This document shows positions 32,996 to 42,405 of a DNA stretch of 50,080 bases, one piece after another. Within the stretch, counting starts at the first letter, position 1, and the number at the start of each line of letters is the position of its first letter. The stretch is from an uncultured Alphaproteobacteria bacterium (GTDB lineage: Bacteria > Pseudomonadota > Alphaproteobacteria > HIMB59 > GCA-002718135), in assembly GCA_902569865.1 (NCBI GenBank), contig CACFVT010000004.1:1-50080 (forward strand), read 5' to 3'. The notes beneath the pieces were generated by a model. It saw nothing but the letters and a program-made list of their open reading frames with translations, had not been told where the DNA came from and searched no databases. A program made the position numbers and the translations under genes.

Positions 32996-34057
32996 TTAAT
33001 TTTTAATCCAACTATAATCAATTGTTATCTTTAAGTCTTTCCATGATTCATACTTATCAAGAGGTAATTTAAGTTTAGAACAAAGAGGGTTATATAAAGT
33101 GGCCACTGCGCTTTCTGTAATTGCTTCATAATAAGGATTACTCTTACTTATATTTGTGTCAAGAATTTGTACAGTGTCTTTTCTGACATTAGCCTCTCTA
33201 TCAATTTTTGCACTAATTTTTACCATTTCATCACCTATTATTTGAGTGCCTGCCCTGGGATTAAAGCAACTTCTTAATTGCTGTAAAACAAGATCCATTT
33301 CAGAAATTGATACTTCTATATTTGCTTTATTCTCATTCTCATTATCTTGCTCTATTTTATCTTCTTCATTATTATTGTTATTAGAAGTATTTGATATATC
33401 TTCATTCCTTAAGTCTTTCAGCATTGTTGCAAGATTAAAATCTGGCTCTGGTTTTGAAACAGGTTTTGGTTTATCTATAATTTTGGTATCTTTCTTAATC
33501 TCTGGTTTTGTTTTATTTTCAATCACTACATCACTTATTGCTTTTATCTGTTCTGGAGCTTTTGGTTTTAATTTAGGTTTTATTTTATTAACTTTTAGTG
33601 TTTCTCCACTCTCTACATTTAACTTTTTTTCTTCAATTAAATTGTTAATTTCCTTTTTTTTTAAGGTAATATTTTTTGACTCAGGTTTCTTTATCATTTC
33701 AGTATCATTGATCTTTTTTTCGTTTGTATTTACTTTTTTCTTAGTTTTTTCATTTAAATCTATTTTTTGAATTTCGGTATTTTCAGAAGAGGTAAATTTT
33801 TTTTGTTCTATTTTTTTTGATTCTTTATTAATTTCAATATTTTCTTTTTTAGATGTTAATGATGTAACATCAGAAACATTTAAAATTTCAATTGGTATTA
33901 CTTGAGGCATTGGTATTTTTTTTGGTTTAAAAAAGTCAGGGAGTCCAATAGCAAATAATAAGATAATCAAATGCAGAAAAAGAGAAAAGTAAATTCCTAA
34001 ATGATTTGGTTTAGAGTTTTCTATATAATTAAAAGCCTTGTAATATAAGGACTGCAT
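32996..34057 (-). CDS. tolA: TolA-like membrane-anchored protein
   Basis: TM with S..LH motif, long Lys/Glu-rich linker, C-terminal domain with a Cys pair; between tolR and tolB. Confidence 0.8.
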   Translation of the reverse strand: MQSLYYKAFNYIENSKPNHLGIYFSLFLHLIILLFAIGLPDFFKPKKIPMPQVIPIEILNVSDVTSLTSKKENIEINKESKKIEQKKFTSSENTEIQKIDLNEKTKKKVNTNEKKINDTEMIKKPESKNITLKKKEINNLIEEKKLNVESGETLKVNKIKPKLKPKAPEQIKAISDVVIENKTKPEIKKDTKIIDKPKPVSKPEPDFNLATMLKDLRNEDISNTSNNNNNEEDKIEQDNENENKANIEVSISEMDLVLQQLRSCFNPRAGTQIIGDEMVKISAKIDREANVRKDTVQILDTNISKSNPYYEAITESAVATLYNPLCSKLKLPLDKYESWKDLKITIDYSWIKN

Positions 34058-34062
34058 TATAT

Positions 34063-34494
34063 TTAATTTTCTTTTGGATTTTGAGTAACAAGAGCTACTT
34101 TAATATATCCTGCAGAGTTTACTAATGACATAATTTCCATTATTCTACCATAGGCAACCACCCTATCACCTCTTACATATATCCTAGCTTCCTTATTTAA
34201 TTCAGTTATAGCATTTAATCTTGGTATTAAATTTTCAACTGCAACTTTAGATTCTCCTAAATAAATCTCACCGCCTAATTTAACAGTAATTTCTAATGGA
34301 TCCTTTTGGTCGGTTAATGCAGATGCTTTTACTTTTGGAAGATCTACAGGGATACCAACAGTTAGTAGTGGTGCTGTAACCATGAAAACAATTAGTAAAA
34401 CTAACATAACATCAACAAAAGGTGTGACATTAATCTCACTCATTTGAGAGTATTTCTTACGTCTTCTTAATGAATTGTTATTTAAGTTTATCAA
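34063..34494 (-). CDS. tolR: Tol-Pal protein TolR
   Basis: EINVTPFVDVMLVLLIVFMVTAP, VRGD...YG. Confidence 0.96.
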   Translation of the reverse strand: MINLNNNSLRRRKKYSQMSEINVTPFVDVMLVLLIVFMVTAPLLTVGIPVDLPKVKASALTDQKDPLEITVKLGGEIYLGESKVAVENLIPRLNAITELNKEARIYVRGDRVVAYGRIMEIMSLVNSAGYIKVALVTQNPKEN

Positions 34495-34495
34495 T

Positions 34496-35215
34496 TTATT
34501 TTTTCTCTAATTGTCTAAAAAAAATTGTTGTAAACTCATCCATAAAAGTCTCTAAAGAAACAAAATACTTGGACAAATCACTTGAAATTTTATTATATGC
34601 AACAACTGCAGGAATAGCCACAAAAAGGCCAAGTGCAGTAGCGAATAATGCTTCTGCTATTCCTGGTGCTACTACAGATAAATTAGTATTTTGAGCAACA
34701 GCAATTGATTTAAAACTGTTCATAATACCCCAAACCGTTCCAAATAATCCTATAAATGGTGCAGTAGAACCAGATGTTGCTAAAAATGTCAGATTTTTCT
34801 CCACTATTTCACTTTCTTTATTAAAAGTTACCACCATGGATCTTTGCATTCTATCCTTTAGTGATGAAAGGTTTGCGCTTATTTCACCTTCGTGACTTGA
34901 TTTACTTTTTTTCCATTCTGAAATTGCAGCACAAAAAATTTTTGACTTAGGATCAAGTTTATTAAAGTTTAAAGTTTCGTATAAATCTTCAAAAGAATTG
35001 CCTGACCAAAAAATTTCTTCAAATTCTTTTTCCATCTGCTTAAGTTGTCTTAATCTGACAAGCTTAGAAACAATTATGCTCCATGAATATAGCGATGCTA
35101 AAATTAATATTATTATAACTGATTTTACAACAAGATCGGCACTCATAAAAAGTGCAAACATTGAGAAATCTATGTTTTCAGATGCAATATTATTAACTGT
35201 GCTAACTTCTTCCAT
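34496..35215 (-). CDS. tolQ: Tol-Pal protein TolQ
   Basis: APFIGLFGTVWGIM, VVAPGIAEAL.ATA.GL..AIPA. Confidence 0.97.
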   Translation of the reverse strand: MEEVSTVNNIASENIDFSMFALFMSADLVVKSVIIILILASLYSWSIIVSKLVRLRQLKQMEKEFEEIFWSGNSFEDLYETLNFNKLDPKSKIFCAAISEWKKSKSSHEGEISANLSSLKDRMQRSMVVTFNKESEIVEKNLTFLATSGSTAPFIGLFGTVWGIMNSFKSIAVAQNTNLSVVAPGIAEALFATALGLFVAIPAVVAYNKISSDLSKYFVSLETFMDEFTTIFFRQLEKK

Positions 35216-35514
35216 TATTCTGTATCCTTTATTTTTGTTAAATCATCACTATGAACCATAATCCAAAAACCTGGTCTATTTTTTTCACACAATGCTATAA
35301 CAGGAGTTTTACCCTCATCTTTAGCAAGTTTTGCTGTATCATCCCATAAAGAAACAGCTGTATGTTTTGCTCTTAATTTGCACTCTATAAAAAGTTCATC
35401 ATGAATAACATCCGCACGTGTAACTTTTCCATTACCTCCACTTAAAGGAGTTCTTTGGCCATTAAAATAATTTGCAACATCTCTTTCTCTTTTTTTCCAA
35501 GCTTTATCAGGCAT
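35215..35514 (-). CDS. Putative Hjc-like (PD-(D/E)xK) Holliday junction resolvase
   Basis: E10 in first helix (RERDVA), R21-TPLSG, D35, E44-C-K46; 99 aa; AGGAAG SD; TAATG overlap with tolQ. Confidence 0.75.
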   Translation of the reverse strand: MPDKAWKKRERDVANYFNGQRTPLSGGNGKVTRADVIHDELFIECKLRAKHTAVSLWDDTAKLAKDEGKTPVIALCEKNRPGFWIMVHSDDLTKIKDTE

Positions 35515-35527
35515 AATCTTCCTTTCG

Positions 35528-36277
35528 CTATGCTGTTAACGTGTTTAATATATCATCACTAACATCAAAATTTGATGATACTACTTGTACATCTTCATTT
35601 TCTTCTAATATATTCAATAACTTAAATAATGTTTCAGCTTTTTCTTTTGACACAGAAATTTCATTTTCACTTTTCCAAATTAATCCTGTAAAATTTGTTG
35701 GACCAAATCTTTCAATTATTTTTTGATTAAGTTGATGAAGAATTGTTTGATCACAATAAATATTGTATACATCCTCATTAAGCTCATAATCTTCAGATCC
35801 ATTTTCTATAATAAAATCAAATAGTTCTTCTTCATTAATATTATTTTTATTTAATGTGATGCTTCCTAATCTTTTAAAACCAAAACTAACACTTCCCGTC
35901 TCACCAAGATTTCCTCCATATTTACTAAAAGTGGATCTTACCTCTGCTGCTGTTCTGTTTTTATTATTAGTAAGAGCTTCGACAATAATTGCAACACCAT
36001 CTGGACCATAACCTTCATATCTTACTTCTTCATAATTACTGTCAGAATCATTCCCTTCACCTTTTTTAATAGCTCTTTCGATATTATCTTTAGGCATATT
36101 TAAAGACTTTGCTGTTCCTACTGCTGATCTTAATCTTATATTTTTTTCAGGATCAGGCCCCCCTTCTTTTACTGCAACAGAAATTTCTCTACCTAATCTA
36201 GAAAAGATCTTTGCTCGTTTTTTATCTTGTGCACCTTTTCGATGCATAATATTTTTAAATTTAGAATGGCCTGCCAT
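35528..36277 (-). CDS. yebC: YebC/PmpR-family protein
   Basis: MAGHSKF.NI..RK, YEGYGP, N.NRT. Confidence 0.97.
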   Translation of the reverse strand: MAGHSKFKNIMHRKGAQDKKRAKIFSRLGREISVAVKEGGPDPEKNIRLRSAVGTAKSLNMPKDNIERAIKKGEGNDSDSNYEEVRYEGYGPDGVAIIVEALTNNKNRTAAEVRSTFSKYGGNLGETGSVSFGFKRLGSITLNKNNINEEELFDFIIENGSEDYELNEDVYNIYCDQTILHQLNQKIIERFGPTNFTGLIWKSENEISVSKEKAETLFKLLNILEENEDVQVVSSNFDVSDDILNTLTA

Positions 36278-36355
36278 AACTCTCTATAAATATTTTGTTC
36301 GTTATCAGTAAAGTAATTTAAATAAATCAATATTGTGTCTAATATATGTAATTTT

Positions 36356-37144
36356 TTACATCTGAAAAGGTACAATTTTCAATGATAATCCAGTGCTATC
36401 ATCAATTTCAATGTATGTTCCACATATAGTTATTTTGTTATCAGCAGGAAAAAACCTGCTTTCTGATCTATAGCCTTTAACAAAACCATGAATAGGGTTT
36501 TCTTTATCCATACCAATAACCGAGTTATAATCACCCGTCATTCCAACGTCTGTTTGATAAGCAGTACCACCATCAAGTATCTTTGCATCTGCTGTAGGAA
36601 TATGTGTATGAGTTCCAAGAATAGCTGAAACTTTCCCATCAAAATAATGACCAAAAGCATTTTTTTCTGATGTTGTTTCACCATGCATATCAATGAATAT
36701 GGCACTACAAGTTGATCCCAGTTTTTCTTTTTGTAAAAAATTCTTAGTCACGCTAAACGGGTCATCTAAAGAAAGACCCATGAATAACCTTAACATAACC
36801 TGCACAATTATAATCTTTTTATCATTATTAAGTTTTAGTTCATAATACCCTTTTCCAGGGACTCCACTTGGATAATTTAATGCCCTAACAATTTTAGGAC
36901 ATTCTTCAATGTATGATAACATTTCCCTTTGATCCCATGCGTGATTTCCCAACGTTATTACATCGACGCCCGCTTCAATAAGTTGAACTGCAATTTTTTT
37001 TGTGATCCCATAACCGGCAGCTGCATTTTCAGCATTAACTATCAATGCATCAGGTTTATATTGATTCTTTATATCTGAAATTTTTTTAATAAATGTTTCT
37101 CTAGCTTCTTTCCCGACAATATCCCCAATAAATACTAATTTCAT
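36356..37144 (-). CDS. YmdB/TIGR00282 metallophosphoesterase
   Basis: GDIVG, NAEN, GNH, DMHGETTSEK, GTHTH, TDVGMTG. Confidence 0.93.
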   Translation of the reverse strand: MKLVFIGDIVGKEARETFIKKISDIKNQYKPDALIVNAENAAAGYGITKKIAVQLIEAGVDVITLGNHAWDQREMLSYIEECPKIVRALNYPSGVPGKGYYELKLNNDKKIIIVQVMLRLFMGLSLDDPFSVTKNFLQKEKLGSTCSAIFIDMHGETTSEKNAFGHYFDGKVSAILGTHTHIPTADAKILDGGTAYQTDVGMTGDYNSVIGMDKENPIHGFVKGYRSESRFFPADNKITICGTYIEIDDSTGLSLKIVPFQM

Positions 37145-37722
37145 ATAAACTTGTATAATTGTTTTTCAGTTAAAACGAAATCTAATTTATAATCAAAACC
37201 ATCTATAGGTATTTTATTTTGCTTTTGCTCATCAAAAGCAAAGCCTACAGTATAAAATTTTAAATTTAATTTTCTTAATTTTGCAAAAGTTTTATCATAA
37301 AAACCTCCTCCATATCCCAGCCTATATCCATTCAAATCGAAACCTAAGCAGGGAACAAAAAATAATTGTGGGAGTGTTTCCTCATTTTTATTTGTTGGTT
37401 CAGGAATATTATATTTACCTAATTTAAAATTCGTATTTGGATTACTTTTTATAAAAATAAGCTCTGTTGAATCTCTTTTAATTACAGGAAATGATAATGT
37501 TTTACCTAAATCCATAATTTTTTTATTTAGTTGATGTGTTGATATTTCTGAGCGAATTGAAATGAAACTTGCAATATTTAGAATCTCTTTAAAATTAATA
37601 TATTTATTTATTTGCTCAAAAACCTTAACATTAAATTCAATAGTAGAATTTTTTTTTATTAAATCTCTTTTATGAGTTAAAATTTTTCTCAAATTTATTT
37701 TTTGAGAAAGTAATTCATTCAT
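37141..37722 (-). CDS. ygfA: 5-formyltetrahydrofolate cyclo-ligase
   Basis: IPEP, VP.LGFD..GYRLGYGGGFYD. Confidence 0.93.
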   Translation of the reverse strand: MNELLSQKINLRKILTHKRDLIKKNSTIEFNVKVFEQINKYINFKEILNIASFISIRSEISTHQLNKKIMDLGKTLSFPVIKRDSTELIFIKSNPNTNFKLGKYNIPEPTNKNEETLPQLFFVPCLGFDLNGYRLGYGGGFYDKTFAKLRKLNLKFYTVGFAFDEQKQNKIPIDGFDYKLDFVLTEKQLYKFI

Positions 37723-38143
37723 GATTTTTTTTTAAAATATTATTTTTAATTTGCGTAAGTTCACTATGAAATTCTTCTAAAGCATATTCTAATTTTGATA
37801 CTTCATCAGTCTTATTATTTAGTTCTGATTTGATTTTTTTTATTGCATTAATACTTTCTTCAGACTCTTTTTTTGTTAACTTAATCTCTTTTTTTAATAA
37901 CTCATTATCAGTTTCTTTGATATTCAGCCTATCTTTTAATGCTTGAATACCCCCAATTGAGTCCTGCAGTTCTAAGCTAATAAGTGTAGCAATCTTCAGG
38001 TCGCTTACTTTTCCATGTAAGTGAGAAAATTTATTCCAATTTTTATTTAATGTTTCTACTGCCTTTAATAGTCTTTGTTTTTCATCTTCTTTATATGATA
38101 ATTTTAATTTTTGATTAAATATGCTTACCTCAAGATCGGGCAT
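37715..38143 (-). CDS. zapA: Cell division protein ZapA with long C-terminal coiled coil
   Basis: V.I.N..L.L....E..RL..A, ...ISLEL.D; position between tkt and ygfA; start set to ATG 38143. Confidence 0.75.
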   Translation of the reverse strand: MPDLEVSIFNQKLKLSYKEDEKQRLLKAVETLNKNWNKFSHLHGKVSDLKIATLISLELQDSIGGIQALKDRLNIKETDNELLKKEIKLTKKESEESINAIKKIKSELNNKTDEVSKLEYALEEFHSELTQIKNNILKKNHE

Positions 38144-38330
38144 TTTCTTCCTCAAGAAATTCTTCCAATTCTTCAACGCTTTCTCTAATTCCTTTTTTTA
38201 ACCCTGACAACTCTTTATTCAATTCATCAATCTTTTTTTCAAAATTATTATCATTATCTAAATTCTCAGAAATATTTTTTATTTCTTGAATAATTTTTTT
38301 TAAAAGAGATATTTTTTCATCAATTTTCAT
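38130..38330 (-). CDS. Small coiled-coil protein upstream of zapA (ZauP/DUF4164-like position)
   Basis: 66 aa heptad-rich sequence overlapping zapA start. Confidence 0.65.
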   Translation of the reverse strand: MKIDEKISLLKKIIQEIKNISENLDNDNNFEKKIDELNKELSGLKKGIRESVEELEEFLEEENARS

Positions 38331-38369
38331 ATGTATTTTATAGTTCGATTATTTTAAAATGTCACTTTA

Positions 38370-40397
38370 TTGCATTTTAATATTAGTGTAAAAGAATACA
38401 AATACCGAGGGAATTTGAAAACTAATAATATAAAATCAGAAAAACTATCTCAATTAGCTAATTGTATACGTTTTTTATCAATTGATGCTGTTCAAAAGGC
38501 AAATTCAGGTCATCCAGGCATGCCTATGGGTATGGCTGACATAGCTACAGTTTTATTTAAAAATCATTTAAAATTTGATCCAAATGATCCAAAATGGATA
38601 GATAAAGACAGGTTTATTTTATCAAATGGACATGGCTCAATGCTTCTGTATGCATGTTTATATTTAACAGGCTACAAAGATATCAGTTTGGATAATATTA
38701 AGAAATTTAGACAAATAGGCTCTCCTACAGCTGGGCATCCAGAGTATGGCGAGTTAGCGGGTATTGAAACAACAACTGGTCCATTATCTCAAGGACTTTC
38801 AAATGCTGTTGGATTTGCAATGGCTGAAAGTAAACTTTCTTCTTCATTGGGCAAAGATTTTATTAACCATTATACATATGTTTTTGCTGGAGACGGTTGC
38901 TTGATGGAAGGATTAAGTCATGAAGCCTGTAGTTTAGCAGGTCATTTAAAATTAAATAAGCTAATAGTTTTTTTTGATGATAACTCAATTTCAATAGATG
39001 GAGAAATATCATTAAGTAGTAGTGATAATATTCAAGTGCGTTTCAAATCATATGATTGGAATGTATTAAATGTTAATGGTCACAATCATGAAGAAATTAA
39101 TGAAGCTATACTTAATGCTAAGAATTCTGATAAGCCAACAATTATTTGCTGTAAAACTAAAATAGGATTTGGCTCACCTAATAAAGAAGCTAGCGCTTCT
39201 TCTCATGGGTCACCTTTAGGTAAGGAAGAGGTAGAACTTACTAGAAAAAATTTGAATTGGAATCATAAAGAATTTTATATTCCTGATGATCTTCTCTCAG
39301 AATGGAGAGGCTTTGCAAATAGAAACGCTGAAATTAAAAAAAATTGGGAAAATAAAAATGCAGATTTTTTAAATTCTAGTAAATTCAATAATTTTTTTAA
39401 TGAAAATTTAGACTCCGATATTAAAGCTGAAATAATTAATTTTAAAAAGTTATATGCTAAAGATGATACAAAGTATGCAACAAGAAAAGCTAGTGAAAGT
39501 TCACTAGAGCTCCTTAATAATCATATTGTAAACTTTCTGGGAGGGTCTGCTGATTTAACAGGATCTAATAATACTAAAACAAAAGAGATGGATATTTTTA
39601 ATGCTGAAAATTATAAAGGAAGCTATGTTTATTACGGTATAAGAGAGCATGCTATGGCCGGTGTAATGAATGGTTTAGCATTACATGGAGGGATTAAACC
39701 GTACGGAGGAACATTTCTAGTTTTTTCTGATTACTGTAGACCATCAATAAGATTATCTGCTTTAATGAAACTTCCTGTTATATATGTAATGACACATGAC
39801 TCCATAGGTCTTGGAGAAGATGGTCCGACACATCAGCCTGTAGAACATTTAGCTGCTTTAAGAGCTATTCCAAATTTAAATTTGATAAGACCTAGTGATA
39901 TTTTGGAAACAATTGAAGCATGGGAAATAGCTCTAGAAACTAAGGGGCCAACTATTTTAGCATTAACTAGACAAGGTTTGCCAACTAATAAAAGAGATTC
40001 TTATGAAGATAACTTAACTAGGAAAGGGGCTTATATAATAAAAAATCATTCCAAATATGATGCTTCAATTTTTGCTTCAGGTTCTGAGGTTGAAATTGCA
40101 CTTCAAGCATCAATTAAATTACAAGAAATAAATATTAATCTAAGAGTTATATCTTTTCCATCTATGGAACTTTTTGAAATGCAAAATGCAAAATATAAAA
40201 AAGAAATAATTGGCAATAAACCAAAATTTGCAGTTGAGGCTGGAGTAATTAATGGGTGGGAAAAATATGTAGACTATGAAAACTTCATTGGTATGAGATC
40301 TTTTGGTGCAAGTGGTTCATACAATGATGTTTACAAACATTTTAATATTACAGCTGATAATATATGTAAAAAAATTCAAGAAAAATTAATATTATAA
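38370..40397 (+). CDS. tkt: Transketolase
   Basis: ANSGHPG, SNGH, GDGCLMEG, GIREH, THDSIGLGEDGPTHQP; true start probably somewhat downstream (TTG 38415). Confidence 0.97.
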   Translation: MHFNISVKEYKYRGNLKTNNIKSEKLSQLANCIRFLSIDAVQKANSGHPGMPMGMADIATVLFKNHLKFDPNDPKWIDKDRFILSNGHGSMLLYACLYLTGYKDISLDNIKKFRQIGSPTAGHPEYGELAGIETTTGPLSQGLSNAVGFAMAESKLSSSLGKDFINHYTYVFAGDGCLMEGLSHEACSLAGHLKLNKLIVFFDDNSISIDGEISLSSSDNIQVRFKSYDWNVLNVNGHNHEEINEAILNAKNSDKPTIICCKTKIGFGSPNKEASASSHGSPLGKEEVELTRKNLNWNHKEFYIPDDLLSEWRGFANRNAEIKKNWENKNADFLNSSKFNNFFNENLDSDIKAEIINFKKLYAKDDTKYATRKASESSLELLNNHIVNFLGGSADLTGSNNTKTKEMDIFNAENYKGSYVYYGIREHAMAGVMNGLALHGGIKPYGGTFLVFSDYCRPSIRLSALMKLPVIYVMTHDSIGLGEDGPTHQPVEHLAALRAIPNLNLIRPSDILETIEAWEIALETKGPTILALTRQGLPTNKRDSYEDNLTRKGAYIIKNHSKYDASIFASGSEVEIALQASIKLQEININLRVISFPSMELFEMQNAKYKKEIIGNKPKFAVEAGVINGWEKYVDYENFIGMRSFGASGSYNDVYKHFNITADNICKKIQEKLIL

Positions 40398-40417
40398 AAT
40401 AACAGAGAGGCAAGAGA

Positions 40418-41422
40418 ATGAGAGTAGCAATTAATGGATTTGGAAGAATTGGAAAATTAGTTTTTAGAGCTTTTCTAGAAAAAAACTTAAAAGGTGCAGA
40501 AATAGTTGCAATAAATGAACTTGGGAGCTTAGACTCAAGTTTGCATTTAATGCAATTTGACAGTATTCATGGAAAGCTTCCCTTTAATATAAAAAAAAGC
40601 AAAGATGGATTAAAGTATAAAAATAAAACAATTAAATTTTTTAGCGAAAGAAATCCAATTAATCTTCCATGGAAAAAACTTAAGGTTGATATAGTTCTAG
40701 AATGTAGTGGAGTTTTTTCTAGTAAAGAAAAATCAAACGCGCACATTAGTGCAGGAGCAAAAAAAGTAATTATTTCTGCTCCAGCTTCAAATGTTGATGC
40801 TACAATTGTTCAAGGTGTTAATAATCAAATATTAACAAAAAAACATAACATTATATCAAATGGATCTTGTACTACTAATTGTTTAGCTCCAGTTGCTATG
40901 GTCCTTGATAAGGGAGTTGGTATTGAAAGTGGTTTTATGACTACTATACATAGTTATACTGGTGATCAAAGGACTGTCGATCAAAGTCATAGTGATCTAA
41001 GAAGGGCAAGAGGGGCGGCTATATCGATGATTCCTACTTCTACTGGTGCAGCTAAAGCTCTTAGTTTAGTTTTGCCAAAAATGAAAGGAAGGCTTGATGG
41101 AACAGCAATAAGAGTTCCAACACCTAATGTATCACTAATTGATTTTACATTTACCTCAAAGAAGAAAACGACAGTAGAAAAAATTAACAAACTAGCAATT
41201 AATGCCAGTAAAACTAAGGGGTTAAAAAATATTTTAACTACCAATGAATTGCCATTAGTTTCAATAGATTTTAATCACAACTCAAGTAGTTCTGTGTTTG
41301 ATTTAACTCAAACTCAAGTTCTTAATGGTAGATTTTGCAGAGTTTTGTCCTGGTATGATAATGAATGGGGTTTCTCAAATCGAATGATTGAAACGATGCT
41401 TGATTTAAAAAAATTATTATAG
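40418..41422 (+). CDS. gap: Glyceraldehyde-3-phosphate dehydrogenase
   Basis: INGFGRIG, SCTTNC, PTSTGAAK, WYDNEWGF. Confidence 0.98.
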   Translation: MRVAINGFGRIGKLVFRAFLEKNLKGAEIVAINELGSLDSSLHLMQFDSIHGKLPFNIKKSKDGLKYKNKTIKFFSERNPINLPWKKLKVDIVLECSGVFSSKEKSNAHISAGAKKVIISAPASNVDATIVQGVNNQILTKKHNIISNGSCTTNCLAPVAMVLDKGVGIESGFMTTIHSYTGDQRTVDQSHSDLRRARGAAISMIPTSTGAAKALSLVLPKMKGRLDGTAIRVPTPNVSLIDFTFTSKKKTTVEKINKLAINASKTKGLKNILTTNELPLVSIDFNHNSSSSVFDLTQTQVLNGRFCRVLSWYDNEWGFSNRMIETMLDLKKLL

Positions 41423-41839
41423 GTGAGTAAAAAATTAGTTGCTTTTACAATAAGTACGCTTGATCAAGCTGAAGACATTATTTTAGAGTCTAAAATCCAT
41501 AAAATCAAACCCATACTTCATTTTAAATATTATATTCTTAGTGGCTTTGGTCCTGAATATGTTTTGATTTTTCAAAAAGTGCTAATTTCAAAGTTTGGAA
41601 AATCAAGCTTTAAATTGTTCATTGATTGTGGTTTTGACAGTAGCCTAAGTATAAGAATGGCAATAAAAAAAATTGAATATATAAAACTTAGGGGTAATTC
41701 AATTATTTTAAAAAAAATTAGAGAGATAGCAGATAAAAATAGAGTTTTATTAAATCCTTCTTTTAATATAGTAGACTGCAGAAAAATAGAAAATATTAAT
41801 TTAAAAATTAAAAAAATATACTCTAGGGAAAAAAAATGA
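41423..41839 (+). CDS. Hypothetical protein, degenerate class II aldolase-like N-terminal half
   Basis: VAFTI.TL.QA...I......PILH...G...LFIDCG pattern; abuts gap and overlaps efp. Confidence 0.55.
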   Translation: MSKKLVAFTISTLDQAEDIILESKIHKIKPILHFKYYILSGFGPEYVLIFQKVLISKFGKSSFKLFIDCGFDSSLSIRMAIKKIEYIKLRGNSIILKKIREIADKNRVLLNPSFNIVDCRKIENINLKIKKIYSREKK

Positions 41840-42405
41840 AAATTGATGGTAATCAAATAAAGGTTGGAAACATTTTAGAAATTAATTCTAAATTGTGGCG
41901 AGTATTAAAAACTCAACACACGCAACCAGGTAAGGGAGGTGCCTATTTACAGGTTGAGATGAAAGAAATTAGAGAAGGAACAAAAATCAATGAAAGATTT
42001 AGATCCTCTGAAAGTGTAGAAAGGGCTATTCTGGATGAAAAAATTTGTCAATTTTTATACTCTGAAAATAATAAGTTTGTTTTCATGGATAATTCAACAT
42101 ACGAACAAATTGAGGTTGGTGATGATATAATAACAGAAAATCAATCTAAATTTTTAATTGAAAATGATAATATTAATCTTCAATTTTATGAAGAGTCAGT
42201 TGTTGGTTTAGAGCTGCCTGATAATATAATTTTAAAAGTTGAAGAAACTGAAGCAGTAGTCAAAGGTCAAACTGCTGCGTCATCATATAAGCCTGCCATA
42301 TTAACTGGAGGAATAAAAACTTCTGTGCCACCCTTTATATCAACTGAAGACTACATAGTAGTAAGTACCACAAATGCAAGTTATGTTGAAAAAGTAAAAA
42401 AATGA
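41836..42405 (+). CDS. efp: Elongation factor P
   Basis: HTQPGKGGA, KGQTA.SSYKPA, VPPFI. Confidence 0.97.
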   Translation: MKIDGNQIKVGNILEINSKLWRVLKTQHTQPGKGGAYLQVEMKEIREGTKINERFRSSESVERAILDEKICQFLYSENNKFVFMDNSTYEQIEVGDDIITENQSKFLIENDNINLQFYEESVVGLELPDNIILKVEETEAVVKGQTAASSYKPAILTGGIKTSVPPFISTEDYIVVSTTNASYVEKVKK

